From: Azolla caroliniana
Taxonomy: Eukaryota; Plantae; Polypodiophyta
Assembly: GCA_043228905.1 (NCBI GenBank)
Contig: JBHGNT010000012.1
Span: forward strand, 11,842,001-11,906,000
Direction: 5' to 3'
DNA: 64,000 bases
Made by a program: the position numbers and the translations under genes. Of the stretch, positions 50,138-60,100 are shown piece after piece. The notes beneath the pieces are model-generated. The model saw only the letters and a program-made list of their open reading frames with translations. It made no database searches and was not told where the DNA came from. Each line of letters opens with the position of its first letter. Positions within the stretch are counted from its first letter, which is position 1.

Positions 50138-50317
50138 TAGCGAGACCCAAGGCCCCTAGGCAAGTTCACACTTGGCCTAATGGGTTGTCTCAATCCCGAG
50201 GATTAAAAGTAATACTCCCCTTCTTTACACTCTCGTTTAACCCTCACACTTATCCACGTGTATAAAATACTACGGTAAATTCTCACCACGGGATATTATA
50301 TGGTCATGCCCGTAACA
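50138..50317 (-). repeat. LTR-like stub (second copy) replacing the integrase-RT part of the old Copia
   Basis: Shares 50224-50317 with 47497-47590; flanked by Copia LWHKR on the left and RNase H sequence on the right. Confidence 0.7.
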
Positions 50318-50335
50318 TAAGAGGCTCCTAAAGGA

Positions 50336-53300
50336 TGTTGGGATTACGGTCCCTCCGGATGGGATGGTCGGATGTCCGGAGATGAATGACGACAAGCCCG
50401 GTTGCGGTTTCGGAACCGGATGATGAAGACCCCGGCTTCGGAGCCGGATGACGAATGTACCCGGAGAGAGATCCGGATGCGGGGACATATCTGTGAATAT
50501 GTTTGCCAAGGGCCCTTGAGGCTATAGTTGTAAATAGCCCTAAAGTCATATGTGTATAAATATGACTTAGGGCAAACAGTTTTTATGTTGCTACTCATTT
50601 TTCTGTTTTTCCACTCAAGAGGAGTGAAGAGAGAGCAGCCGTGAGAGAGATAGAGCGTGAGAGAGGAAGAGGTCGACGCCTCTGTGTAATTCCGCCGCCT
50701 GTGGCGAGGACAGCGAGCTCAAGGTCGTCGCCTTGCAGCTCGCCATTGTATATTTCTCTGTGCATAGTTTTGGTTCGGAGTCTTGTACTCCCGTGGTTTT
50801 TCCCGTACAGGGTTTTCCACGTTAAATCGTGTGTCCACTTATTTACCTTTGCATTTCCCATTTTCTGCAACAACGATTCGTGTGTTTCCTTGGTTGTGGC
50901 CGAGAGGTGAAGTTTGGAAAGTGTCGATTATTTCCATCAATTTGGTATCAGAGCAGGCTGCTGCAGAAAATGGAAGGCGGCGACAGCGGGCAGCCGGGGA
51001 TGATGGTGCTGAATGCGCAGAATTACGCCGACTGGAAGATCAAGATGGAGGATCTTTTGATTGTTCGGGACCTGTACGAACCGATTGACAGGTCGGAAAT
51101 AACGAAGGGGGTACTTGAGTCGGAATGGAGGCTTCTGAACCGGAAAGCCGTTGCAACCATTCGGCAATACGTCGACGTGAGCGTTCTACAACATGTGGCG
51201 AACGACATCAACGCATATGAGATGTGGCGGAAGCTGTCGGGCCTCTACGAGAGGAAGAATGCGTTGAACCGGACCTCCCTGATGAGGAAGATAGTGAACC
51301 TCAAGTACCGGGACGGCGAGAGTATGGTGGAACACGTAAGCACGTTCATGGGATTCGTGAACCAGCTTGCGACGATCAAGTTCCCGCTGGAGGATGCAAT
51401 GCAAGCCATCATTCTGATGTGTACATTGCCGGAAAGCTGGGAGAACTTGGTGGTGACTCTTAGCACCTCCTGCACGGAAGATAACTTGTCCCGACAAACG
51501 GTAAAGACAAGTATTTTGAACGAAGAAGCGCGTCGGAGAGATAAAGAACCGGCCTCCGACTCGAAGGCGCTGCTTACCGAATCGGAACGGGGAAGACAAT
51601 GGAACCGGAGTCCGCAAAGACGGGAGAAGTCGGGGACCCAGTCGCAGTCAAGAGGAAGACCCACATGCTTCCACTGTGGGAAGCCGGGGCACTTCCGGAA
51701 GAATTGTCGGCATTACCGAAAGGACAACGGAGCCGACGACACCGATTCGAAGAAGTCACCGGAGAGAAACGGTGCATACCGGGGAGCCACGGACCGGAGA
51801 GGTCCGGATCGGCGAGGGCAGGACCGGAAAGGAACGACGGCACTCGCGGCAAGTGAGGAAGAAATCATGCTCATCACCGAAGAAGGTGAACTAAACATTG
51901 CCGGCGATGAGACGACCTGGGTGGTCGATTCCGGAGCATCGTTCCACCTGACCCCGGAGAGAAGATACTTCTCATCCTACACAGTCGGTGAGCATGGCTG
52001 TGTTCGGATGGGAAATGAAGGTACGTGCCGGATTGCCGGCATAGGAGACGTGTGGTTGACAACCTCGACCGGATGCAAAATGCTGCTGAAGGATGTCCGA
52101 CACGTTCCGGAGGTTCGATTGAACCTGATTTCGGCCGGGAGGCTAGACGATGAAGGCTACTCAGGTAGCATCCGGAACGGCGTAATGAAGTTCAGCAAGG
52201 GGAGCCTGATAGTGGCTCGGGCCCGGAAAGTCAACACACTGTACCTTATGAATGCCTGGTTGTGTCCGGAAGAGTTGAACGTGGCAGCCGACACTGCCGG
52301 TGAGCTGTGGCACAAGAGACTGTGCCACATGAGTGAGAAGGGGATGAAGAGGCTTGCAGAAGACAACCTTATTCCAATGAAGCATGTGCACCTGGAGAAG
52401 TGCACCGATTGCCTGGCCGGTAAGCAGAACCGAACCTCCTTCCACTCAAGGCCACCGACGAGACGTAGCGCACCATTGGAGTTGGTGCACACTGATGTGT
52501 GTCAGGTAGAAACGAAGTCACATGGCGGAGCCCAGTACTTCGTAACATTCATTGATGATCACAGCTGGAAGCTGTGGACGGCACCGTTGAAGACAAAGGA
52601 CCAAGTGTTGTGCGTCTTCAAAGAACTCCACGCGAGAGTGGAAAGGGAATCCGGCAAGAAGCTGAAAGCGATACGAGCGGATAACGGAGGGGAATACCGG
52701 GGGCAGTTCGCAGAGTACTGTCGCTCGAAGGGAATCTGGCTCGAGTTTACTGTGCCGAAGACGCCGGAACTGAACGGGCTGGCCGAGAGGATGAACCGGA
52801 CCATAATGGAGAGGGTCCGGAGTATGCTGGCGCATGCGGAATTACCCAAGGGGTTTTGGGCTGAGGCGATGTCAACGGCGACATACGTGATAAACAGATC
52901 ACCCTCAGTACCTTTGGACGGAGACACGCCGCAGAGAGTGTGGACCGGTAGGGAAGTATCCTACCGGCATCTGAAGGTGTTCGGGTGTCTCGCATACGTG
53001 CATGTGGCAAAGGACCGGAGAGGAAAGCTAGATCCAAAGACCCGGCCATGCATATTCCTCGGTTACGGCGATGACGAGTTCGGCTACCGAGTATGGGACC
53101 CGGTCGACAAGAAGATATTCCGGAGTCGTGATATCATCTTCATGGAGAACAAGACACTCGCCGACTGGGAGTCGGAGAAGAAGATGAAGAGCTCCAAGTC
53201 GACCGGTGAGGATAAACTCTACGAGGAGCAGTCCCGACCGGCAAGGGACCGGTTAACACTCGAAGATCCGGCCGAAGATGGTGAAGAAACAGAACCGGCC

Positions 53301-55657
53301 GAAGAAGATGAAAATGATACCGGAACCGGCCCCGATCCCGAAATGGATTCGGATGAAGAAGAATCGGAAGAACCGGTTACCGAAGCTCCGGAACGGAGAT
53401 ATCCTCTAAGAGAGAGAAGGGCTCCCCGGAGATTTCCGGAACCAGAGCACGTGCTGCTAACCGACGAGGGGGAGCCGGAGAGCTTTGAAGAAGCGAAGCA
53501 TGACACCCATAGCCGCAGGTGGTTAAGTGCCATGCAGGAGGAGATGGATTCCCTGCATGAGAACCACACATATGAACTTGTGGAGTTGCCGAAAGGAAAA
53601 CGGGCACTCCGTAACAAGTGGGTGTTCAAGCTGAAACCGGGAGATGCCGGAAACCCCCCGAGATACAAAGCCAGGATCGTGGTGAAGGGGTTTCAGCAGA
53701 AGAAGGGCGTCGACTTCGACGAGATATTTGCCCCGGTAGTGAAGATGACCTCCATCCGGACGGTGCTGAGCATAGCGGCAAGCATGGACCTCGAGATAGA
53801 ACAGATGGACGTGAAGACGACATTCCTTCACGGTGACCTCGAAGAAGAGATCTACATGCAGCAACCGGAAGGATTCGAGAAGAAAGGGAAGGAGCACCTG
53901 GTATGCCGGTTGAAGAAGAGCCTTTACGGTCTAAAGCAGGCTCCCCGGCAATGGTACCGGAAGTTCGACTCCTTCATGACAGACGAAGGGTACCACAAAA
54001 CGCAGTCCGATCACTGCGTGTTTGTGAAGAAGTTCGAAGGAGGAGACTTTCTAATACTCCTCCTGTACGTGGACGACATGTTGATCGTCGGACGAGACCA
54101 GGTCAAGATACGGATGCTGAAGAAGGCTCTTCACCGAACCTTCTCAATGAAGGACCTGGGTCCGGCGAGGCAAATACTAGGGATGCACATCATCCGGGAC
54201 CGGAAGAAGAAGCAGTTGTGGCTGTCACAGGAGAAGTACGTGACAAAGGTGCTTCACCGGTTCAACATGTCGGAAGCAAGACCGGTCGGGTCAACACTCC
54301 CGGCAAACTGCAAGCTGTCCAGCAAGCAGAGCCCCAAGACAAAGGCTGAGAAGGAGGACATGATGAAAGTACCATATGCCTCTGCCGTCGGGAGCTTGAT
54401 GTACGCAATGGTGTGTACCCGACCGGACATAGGATATGCAGTCGGAGTGGTGAGCCGGTACATGAGCAATCCCGGCAAAGAGCATTGGAACGCGGCCAAG
54501 TGGATACTCCGATACCTGAAGGGCACGGCAAACGTGTGCCTCCGATTCGGCTCCGGTAAGCCCGAACTCGACGGCTTCACCGATTCGGATATGTCGGCTG
54601 ATGCAGATACCAGCCGGTCCACATCAGGGTATGTGATGACGTATGCAAGGGGAGCTGTTTCATGGCAGTCGAGGCTGCAGAAGACGGTTGCGTTGTCAAC
54701 CACGGAGGCGGAGTACATGGCGGCTGTTGAAGCCGACAAGGAAATAATATGGATGAAGGACTTCATTAGAGAGCTCGGTATCTGGCAGGAGGAGTACCGA
54801 CTCTACTGCGATAGTCAGAGTGCAATCCACCTTGCGAAGAACGCGGCCTATCACTCCCGGACGAAGCACATCCAGCGAAGATATCACTGGATCCGGGAAA
54901 GGATAGAAGACAAGGAGTTCGTGCTGACGAAGATCCACACGGACGAGAACGGGTCGGATATGCTGACCAAGGTGCTCACACCCGACAAGCTGGAAGCATG
55001 CCGGAAGAGGATCGGATTGGAGAGACATCCCATGCCGAAGTGAAGGGGGAGTTTGTTGGGATTACGGTCCCTCCGGATGGGATGGTCGGATGTCCGGAGA
55101 TGAATGACGACAAGCCCGGTTGCGGTTTCGGAACCGGATGATGAAGACCCCGGCTTCGGAGCCGGATGACGAATGTACCCGGAGAGAGATCCGGATGCGG
55201 GGACATATCTGTGAATATGTTTGCCAAGGGCCCTTGAGGCTATAGTTGTAAATAGCCCTAAAGTCATATGTGTATAAATATGACTTAGGGCAAACAGTTT
55301 TTATGTTGCTACTCATTTTTCTGTTTTTCCACTCAAGAGGAGTGAAGAGAGAGCAGCCGTGAGAGAGATAGAGCGTGAGAGAGGAAGAGGTCGACGCCTC
55401 TGTGTAATTCCGCCGCCTGTGGCGAGGACAGCGAGCTCAAGGTCGTCGCCTTGCAGCTCGCCATTGTATATTTCTCTGTGCATAGTTTTGGTTCGGAGTC
55501 TTGTACTCCCGTGGTTTTTCCCGTACAGGGTTTTCCACGTTAAATCGTGTGTCCACCTATTTACCTTTGCATTTCCCATTTTCTGCAACAACGATTCGTG
55601 TGTTTCCTTGGTTGTGGCCGAGAGGTGAAGTTTGGAAAGTGTCGATTATTTCCATCA
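50336..55657 (+). mobile_element. Young, structurally intact Ty1/Copia retrotransposon
   Basis: 604-bp LTRs (50336-50939, 55054-55657) with one difference seen by eye; TSD AAGGA; PBS TGGTATCAGAGC 50943-50954; PPT GAAGGGGGAG. Confidence 0.98.
50970..55043 (+). CDS. Intact Copia gag-pol polyprotein (1357 aa from the ATG at 50970)
   Basis: Uninterrupted ORF: gag, CFHCGKPGHFRKNC, DSGASFH, HKRLCH..CTDC, DNGGEY, YVDD, RNase H. Confidence 0.96.
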   Translation: MEGGDSGQPGMMVLNAQNYADWKIKMEDLLIVRDLYEPIDRSEITKGVLESEWRLLNRKAVATIRQYVDVSVLQHVANDINAYEMWRKLSGLYERKNALNRTSLMRKIVNLKYRDGESMVEHVSTFMGFVNQLATIKFPLEDAMQAIILMCTLPESWENLVVTLSTSCTEDNLSRQTVKTSILNEEARRRDKEPASDSKALLTESERGRQWNRSPQRREKSGTQSQSRGRPTCFHCGKPGHFRKNCRHYRKDNGADDTDSKKSPERNGAYRGATDRRGPDRRGQDRKGTTALAASEEEIMLITEEGELNIAGDETTWVVDSGASFHLTPERRYFSSYTVGEHGCVRMGNEGTCRIAGIGDVWLTTSTGCKMLLKDVRHVPEVRLNLISAGRLDDEGYSGSIRNGVMKFSKGSLIVARARKVNTLYLMNAWLCPEELNVAADTAGELWHKRLCHMSEKGMKRLAEDNLIPMKHVHLEKCTDCLAGKQNRTSFHSRPPTRRSAPLELVHTDVCQVETKSHGGAQYFVTFIDDHSWKLWTAPLKTKDQVLCVFKELHARVERESGKKLKAIRADNGGEYRGQFAEYCRSKGIWLEFTVPKTPELNGLAERMNRTIMERVRSMLAHAELPKGFWAEAMSTATYVINRSPSVPLDGDTPQRVWTGREVSYRHLKVFGCLAYVHVAKDRRGKLDPKTRPCIFLGYGDDEFGYRVWDPVDKKIFRSRDIIFMENKTLADWESEKKMKSSKSTGEDKLYEEQSRPARDRLTLEDPAEDGEETEPAEEDENDTGTGPDPEMDSDEEESEEPVTEAPERRYPLRERRAPRRFPEPEHVLLTDEGEPESFEEAKHDTHSRRWLSAMQEEMDSLHENHTYELVELPKGKRALRNKWVFKLKPGDAGNPPRYKARIVVKGFQQKKGVDFDEIFAPVVKMTSIRTVLSIAASMDLEIEQMDVKTTFLHGDLEEEIYMQQPEGFEKKGKEHLVCRLKKSLYGLKQAPRQWYRKFDSFMTDEGYHKTQSDHCVFVKKFEGGDFLILLLYVDDMLIVGRDQVKIRMLKKALHRTFSMKDLGPARQILGMHIIRDRKKKQLWLSQEKYVTKVLHRFNMSEARPVGSTLPANCKLSSKQSPKTKAEKEDMMKVPYASAVGSLMYAMVCTRPDIGYAVGVVSRYMSNPGKEHWNAAKWILRYLKGTANVCLRFGSGKPELDGFTDSDMSADADTSRSTSGYVMTYARGAVSWQSRLQKTVALSTTEAEYMAAVEADKEIIWMKDFIRELGIWQEEYRLYCDSQSAIHLAKNAAYHSRTKHIQRRYHWIRERIEDKEFVLTKIHTDENGSDMLTKVLTPDKLEACRKRIGLERHPMPK

Positions 55658-55813
55658 AAGGATCTGCATGTGGAGGTATCTGATCCGATGATGATCTATT
55701 GCGATAACCTCAACAACGTCTAGTTGGCTAAGAACCCCGTCTTTCACGCCCGTACTAAGCATATTGAGGTGCACTATCATTTTGTTCGCGAGCACGTTCT
55801 CTCCGGTGAAGTG

Positions 55814-56259
55814 TGTTAAGAATTAGGTAAGTAATTAAGCAAGGGTTAATTAGTACCTAATTATGTGATTAGTTGATAAACAGAAGATTAAGTGATATGT
55901 GTGTGTATGTGTGTGAGAGGAAGAGAGAGAGAGGAAGTTAACACTTATGAAGAACACAAGATGGGGGATGAGTAACTATATTAAATTAGCATTATTATCA
56001 TCAAATACAAAAATACCCACAATGAGGTATATATACATCTCATGTGCAAAGGTGCACATGTGTGAGTTGAATATAGGTACTAAGGTGTAAGTCCTATATT
56101 AAATGTACTTAGGAATGGAGGATCTAGAATATCCCACTTAAGTACAAGGTCCTATTTAAGGTGTTATAGTCAACACTTCTAACTAGATTCTATCTAGGTA
56201 ACTACGAAGTTACATGGTTGACTAACTAACTAAACTAAGTTGAGCTTGATCTCTCAACA
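55814..56259 (-). repeat. Solo LTR-like sequence
   Basis: TG...CA ends; minus-strand start TGTTGAGAGATCAAGCTCAAC resembles the LTR starts at 3662 and 13350. No TSD seen. Confidence 0.6.
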
Positions 56260-56921
56260 CACTATCGTGGCATGGCTCGCCTAGAAGCGTATCGTTGCGT
56301 AGACAAAAGATATCGTGAAAGTGAGGACGGAATCACTGGGATTATGGACGGAAGAGACGAAAGAGTAGAGATGGAGTAAATAGAGATCAACAAGATATGA
56401 CAAGATGGGATATAGAATGATATTTGAAGGAATGAAAGAAACTTATAATTATTTGATGAATGAGTTACAAAATGATTGTGAGCTTCGTTGAACCTTCGAG
56501 CTTTATCTCACAAGGTAATCACTCTTCTCTTTCTTAATGGTAGACCATAGTCTTCCCTTCAATCTCTTGACAAGTATAAGATTCGAACCGCCGCCCTTCT
56601 GTTGCGAGTTGAGGACCACCACCACCAAGCTAGTTGTTCTTTTTCTCTTTTAAGAATACCTTTCTCTCTCTCTCTTTCTCTATTACAATGTATCTTTCTC
56701 TAGATCCAATATAATCATTTCCATTTTATTTCTTGCCTCCCTTTGTCTATACTTCCTTCTCCTTTTATAGGGAAGAGATGGTTCTACATGTGGGCCATGT
56801 GGCGCACATGCAGAGAGGCTCTTGCATGTGTGCTATATGGTGCACATGTAGCACGTTTAATGGTTTAAACCATATAATACTAATTAAAATGAAAACAAGA
56901 CACATACTTACATACACTATA

Positions 56922-56991
56922 AGTATAGGCTAAATGGTACGGTGTGAGTGCCATAAGGTTGAGGTTGTTGGTTCAAGTCCTCTTTTGCCCA
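56922..56991 (+). other. Degenerate tRNA-like sequence (A box, CAT loop, B box), copy 1
   Basis: TAGGCTAAATGGTA ... GCCATAA ... GGTTCAAGTCC ... GCCCA at tRNA-like spacing; acceptor stem does not pair. Confidence 0.55.
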
Positions 56992-57072
56992 TGTAATTTT
57001 ATGCATGTATTATATTACATGGTCTAGACTATAAAATACTACTTCAAATCATATATTATTTTGTAAATTATT

Positions 57073-57142
57073 AGTATAGGCTAAATGGTAACCTTTGAGT
57101 GTCATAAGTTAGGGTTTATTAGTTCAGGTCCTCTCTTGCCCA
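57073..57142 (+). other. Degenerate tRNA-like sequence, copy 2
   Basis: TAGGCTAAATGGTAACCT ... GTCATAA ... AGTTCAGGTCC ... GCCCA, 151 bp after copy 1. Confidence 0.5.
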
Positions 57143-60100
57143 TGTAATATAATAGATATATATTTTTTTGTCTCTACATATAATGTATAATATTGTCATA
57201 GTTTGTTATTAACATTATAAAGATTTTTTTTTTTTTCATTATGTATTTATCTTATTGTAGACTTTTAGTGTGAAGCTTTCGTACTTCACGACATCCACCC
57301 CCTCTAGACCTGCACATCCTCCAGCATGTGCCACTATCTTTCATCTTCATGTTGATCTATTGGAGGAGGTTCAAGCTCAAACCTTTTCTTAAATACTTTT
57401 ATCCTCTTTCCAGCTAGCACGTTTAGGATTAGTGTCCCATCCAATTCACTAAGCTTATAAGTAAAGTTATCATATACTTTTCTTACTATGTAAGGCCCAA
57501 ACCATCTTTTAGAGAACTTGCGGACGATGCTATGTTGATTATCTAAACTGCTATCATACACAAGCACTCAATCCCCTTCTTCTATCTTCTTATGTCGAAT
57601 CCTGTGAGTTTTATCAAAACGAATTTTATTCTTCAATCGAGCCTCCTTTAATCATTGGGCTGCTAATTCTACATCTTCAGGCTGACGCTGTAATTGTTGA
57701 ATTCGCAAAGCCAATAATTCTTCTGTGCTCAACTCTTCTTTCCATGGAATAGATGTCCATGACATAATTGATCCTTCTATTGGCATGATGGGCTTTTGGC
57801 CAAGTATCAATTCAGTTGGCATATATCTTGTTACTAAGCTATGTGTTGTTCGATCTGCCCATAGTGCATAAGGTAGCATGCATGGCCAATCTCTTATTTT
57901 ACCTTCACAACTTCTCATGATCGCTTAACACTTGGGCTATGTCCTCTTTCAATCTTTCCATTGGCTTCTAGATTATACACAGTTGTAAGTGATAATTTGA
58001 CCCCTATTCGGCTAAAGAATTCTCTAGCTTCATCAGAGTCAAGTTCTCCTCTATCTGCAATTATTTTACCAACACACCCATAATGACATATTACATCTTC
58101 TAACAAAAATTTACATACAGCTCTAGTTGTTTTTTGTTGTAGTGGTCTTCCTTCTACTTGGTTTGTAAGGTCTTCTCTTGCTAGTACTAAATATTGCATT
58201 TGACCTTGCCCAAGTGGCATTGTCACTAGATCAACCATCCATTTATAATGCATTAATGATGAACATGTTGGTTTTAGCTCATCTCAATATCGAATAGTTG
58301 AATACCTTTGACATATTTCACAAGTTTCCACAAATTTCATTACATCTTTATACATATGGGGCCACCAATACTTTTCTTTTAATTTCATAAATGTCGCCCA
58401 TATGCCTCTATGTCTTGCCCACAAACTATCATGGAATTCAGTAATTAAATTTCTTTTAATATCATCCTTACAAATGTGTCGAAGAGGATTTTCGGTTGGC
58501 CTTTTTGGGCGCCTCCATAGATGCCCTTTATGTAAAAAAAATTTGAATGCTCTTCTTTGAAATTCATTTAGTTGTTTCTTTGACCATGATGGGTCGGCTT
58601 CTTGAGTCTTTAAAAATTTTCTTATTTCTAACTATTGACCTTCATACTCTGTGTCTTTGAACATTATACTTACATTAAACTCATCATGAGGTGTAATAGA
58701 TACTTGATGAACAAATTGATGGCTTGTAGTTGCCCAATTCTTATCTTCAGTTTGCATTAGCTTTTCATTTATGAACCTTGCCCTTGACAACATATCTGTG
58801 ACAGGGTTCTCTTTGCTCTTTATATGCCGCAATTCTGGGTTCATGGTTTTGATGCATGCAATCCACCGAAGCATTGCAATACCTGGTGTCGTGCAACTTG
58901 CTATCATTCCGATGAGTGGCAAACAATCTGTTTCAACCACTACATCTGCTCCAATCAAGTAATCTCTATCTGTTTTTAGTACAGTAAGCAAACCCCACAA
59001 TTCTCGTTTAACTTGCGCATAATTTCTTTCCCTATCATTTAATATCTTTGCTCCAAACCTGATAGCATATCGATGTTGCTCTTCATCTTCTTGGTTGATA
59101 ACCCAACCAATCCCGATTGGGCTAGACTCAACTGTCACTATAATTGGTCTTTCACCTTTGTAGTCTGGTCGACGAAGAACTGGAGCTTTCAATAATGCTT
59201 CTTTCAATTGTTGAACAACTTGTGTATGTTCATCAATCCATATAAACTTCTTTCCTTTTCTTAAAAGTTGATAGAGAGGATCTGAGACATGTGCAAAGTG
59301 TGGTAACCAAATATGATAAAATACACATGCACCTAAAAATCTTCTCACCTTTGTTACTGATTCTCACACCTCTGTTAATTTTGATCGGTGAAGGCTTCCT
59401 CCCATACCACCCACACATATGACCAACTATCAGAACTTCATTCTGCCCAAAGCTTGACTTTGTTCCTGATAGTGTCAAATGTACCTGCTCAAGCTTATTT
59501 AAAATACTTTCACAATCATTAATGTGATCCATCACAAACTTTCTGCAACCAGTTCCAACCATAGTCTCATCTTTCTCTCTTTCTAAGCATCCTTTGATAG
59601 GAATATCATCTAAAAATGGCATAGTTACCTTTGGGATGTACTCATGTAGAACCTTATTCATTGCATTCATCATATGAGCAATTGAATTTGTCGCACCTTG
59701 AGGTAGAGTGCACATTCGAACCAACCCAATTGGTGTTCTCATTGTTGTGATATTGCGACTATCAATTGCTAGTTGAAATTGGTCGTATCCTGAATATAGG
59801 TCTCCCATAGAGTAAATTGCTCTCCCAACAAAAGCTTTTGCAAATTCATCAACGATCGGGCCAATTCCTGCATTTCGGATTGTGACTTTGTTGACTAGTT
59901 GTAGATCTTGAATGAATCTTAGAGAGCCATCTTTCTTTGGAACGGTGAACCATCGGTTGGAGTATGGTGCATTTGAAGGCTCTAAAATCTTCATCTTGAC
60001 TTTATCCTTCAGTAGCTCCAACAATTGAGGTAATTGAGCTCTCGGTACTGCAATAGGTTTAAAATTCCAAGGAATATGAGGGATAGTAAATATTACCATT

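Larger units (their letters stand above)
47591..50335 (+). mobile_element. Fragmented old Copia (gag, zinc knuckle, protease; RNase H piece continues at 55658-55813), interrupted by several insertions
   Basis: SFFDLQSMLMVEENH (~47715), CWYCGKKGHLESEC (~49495), ASNHMT, LWHKR; KRLLK|DLHVEVS...[13 protein letters not shown] is split by the young Copia. Confidence 0.8.

Noticed and set aside
50829-50969. N-terminal 47 aa of the 1404-aa ORF
   Set aside because: Lies within the LTR and PBS; the plausible start is the ATG at 50970.
56922-57142. Functional tRNA-Met genes
   Set aside because: Acceptor and T stems do not pair properly; kept only as tRNA-like relics.
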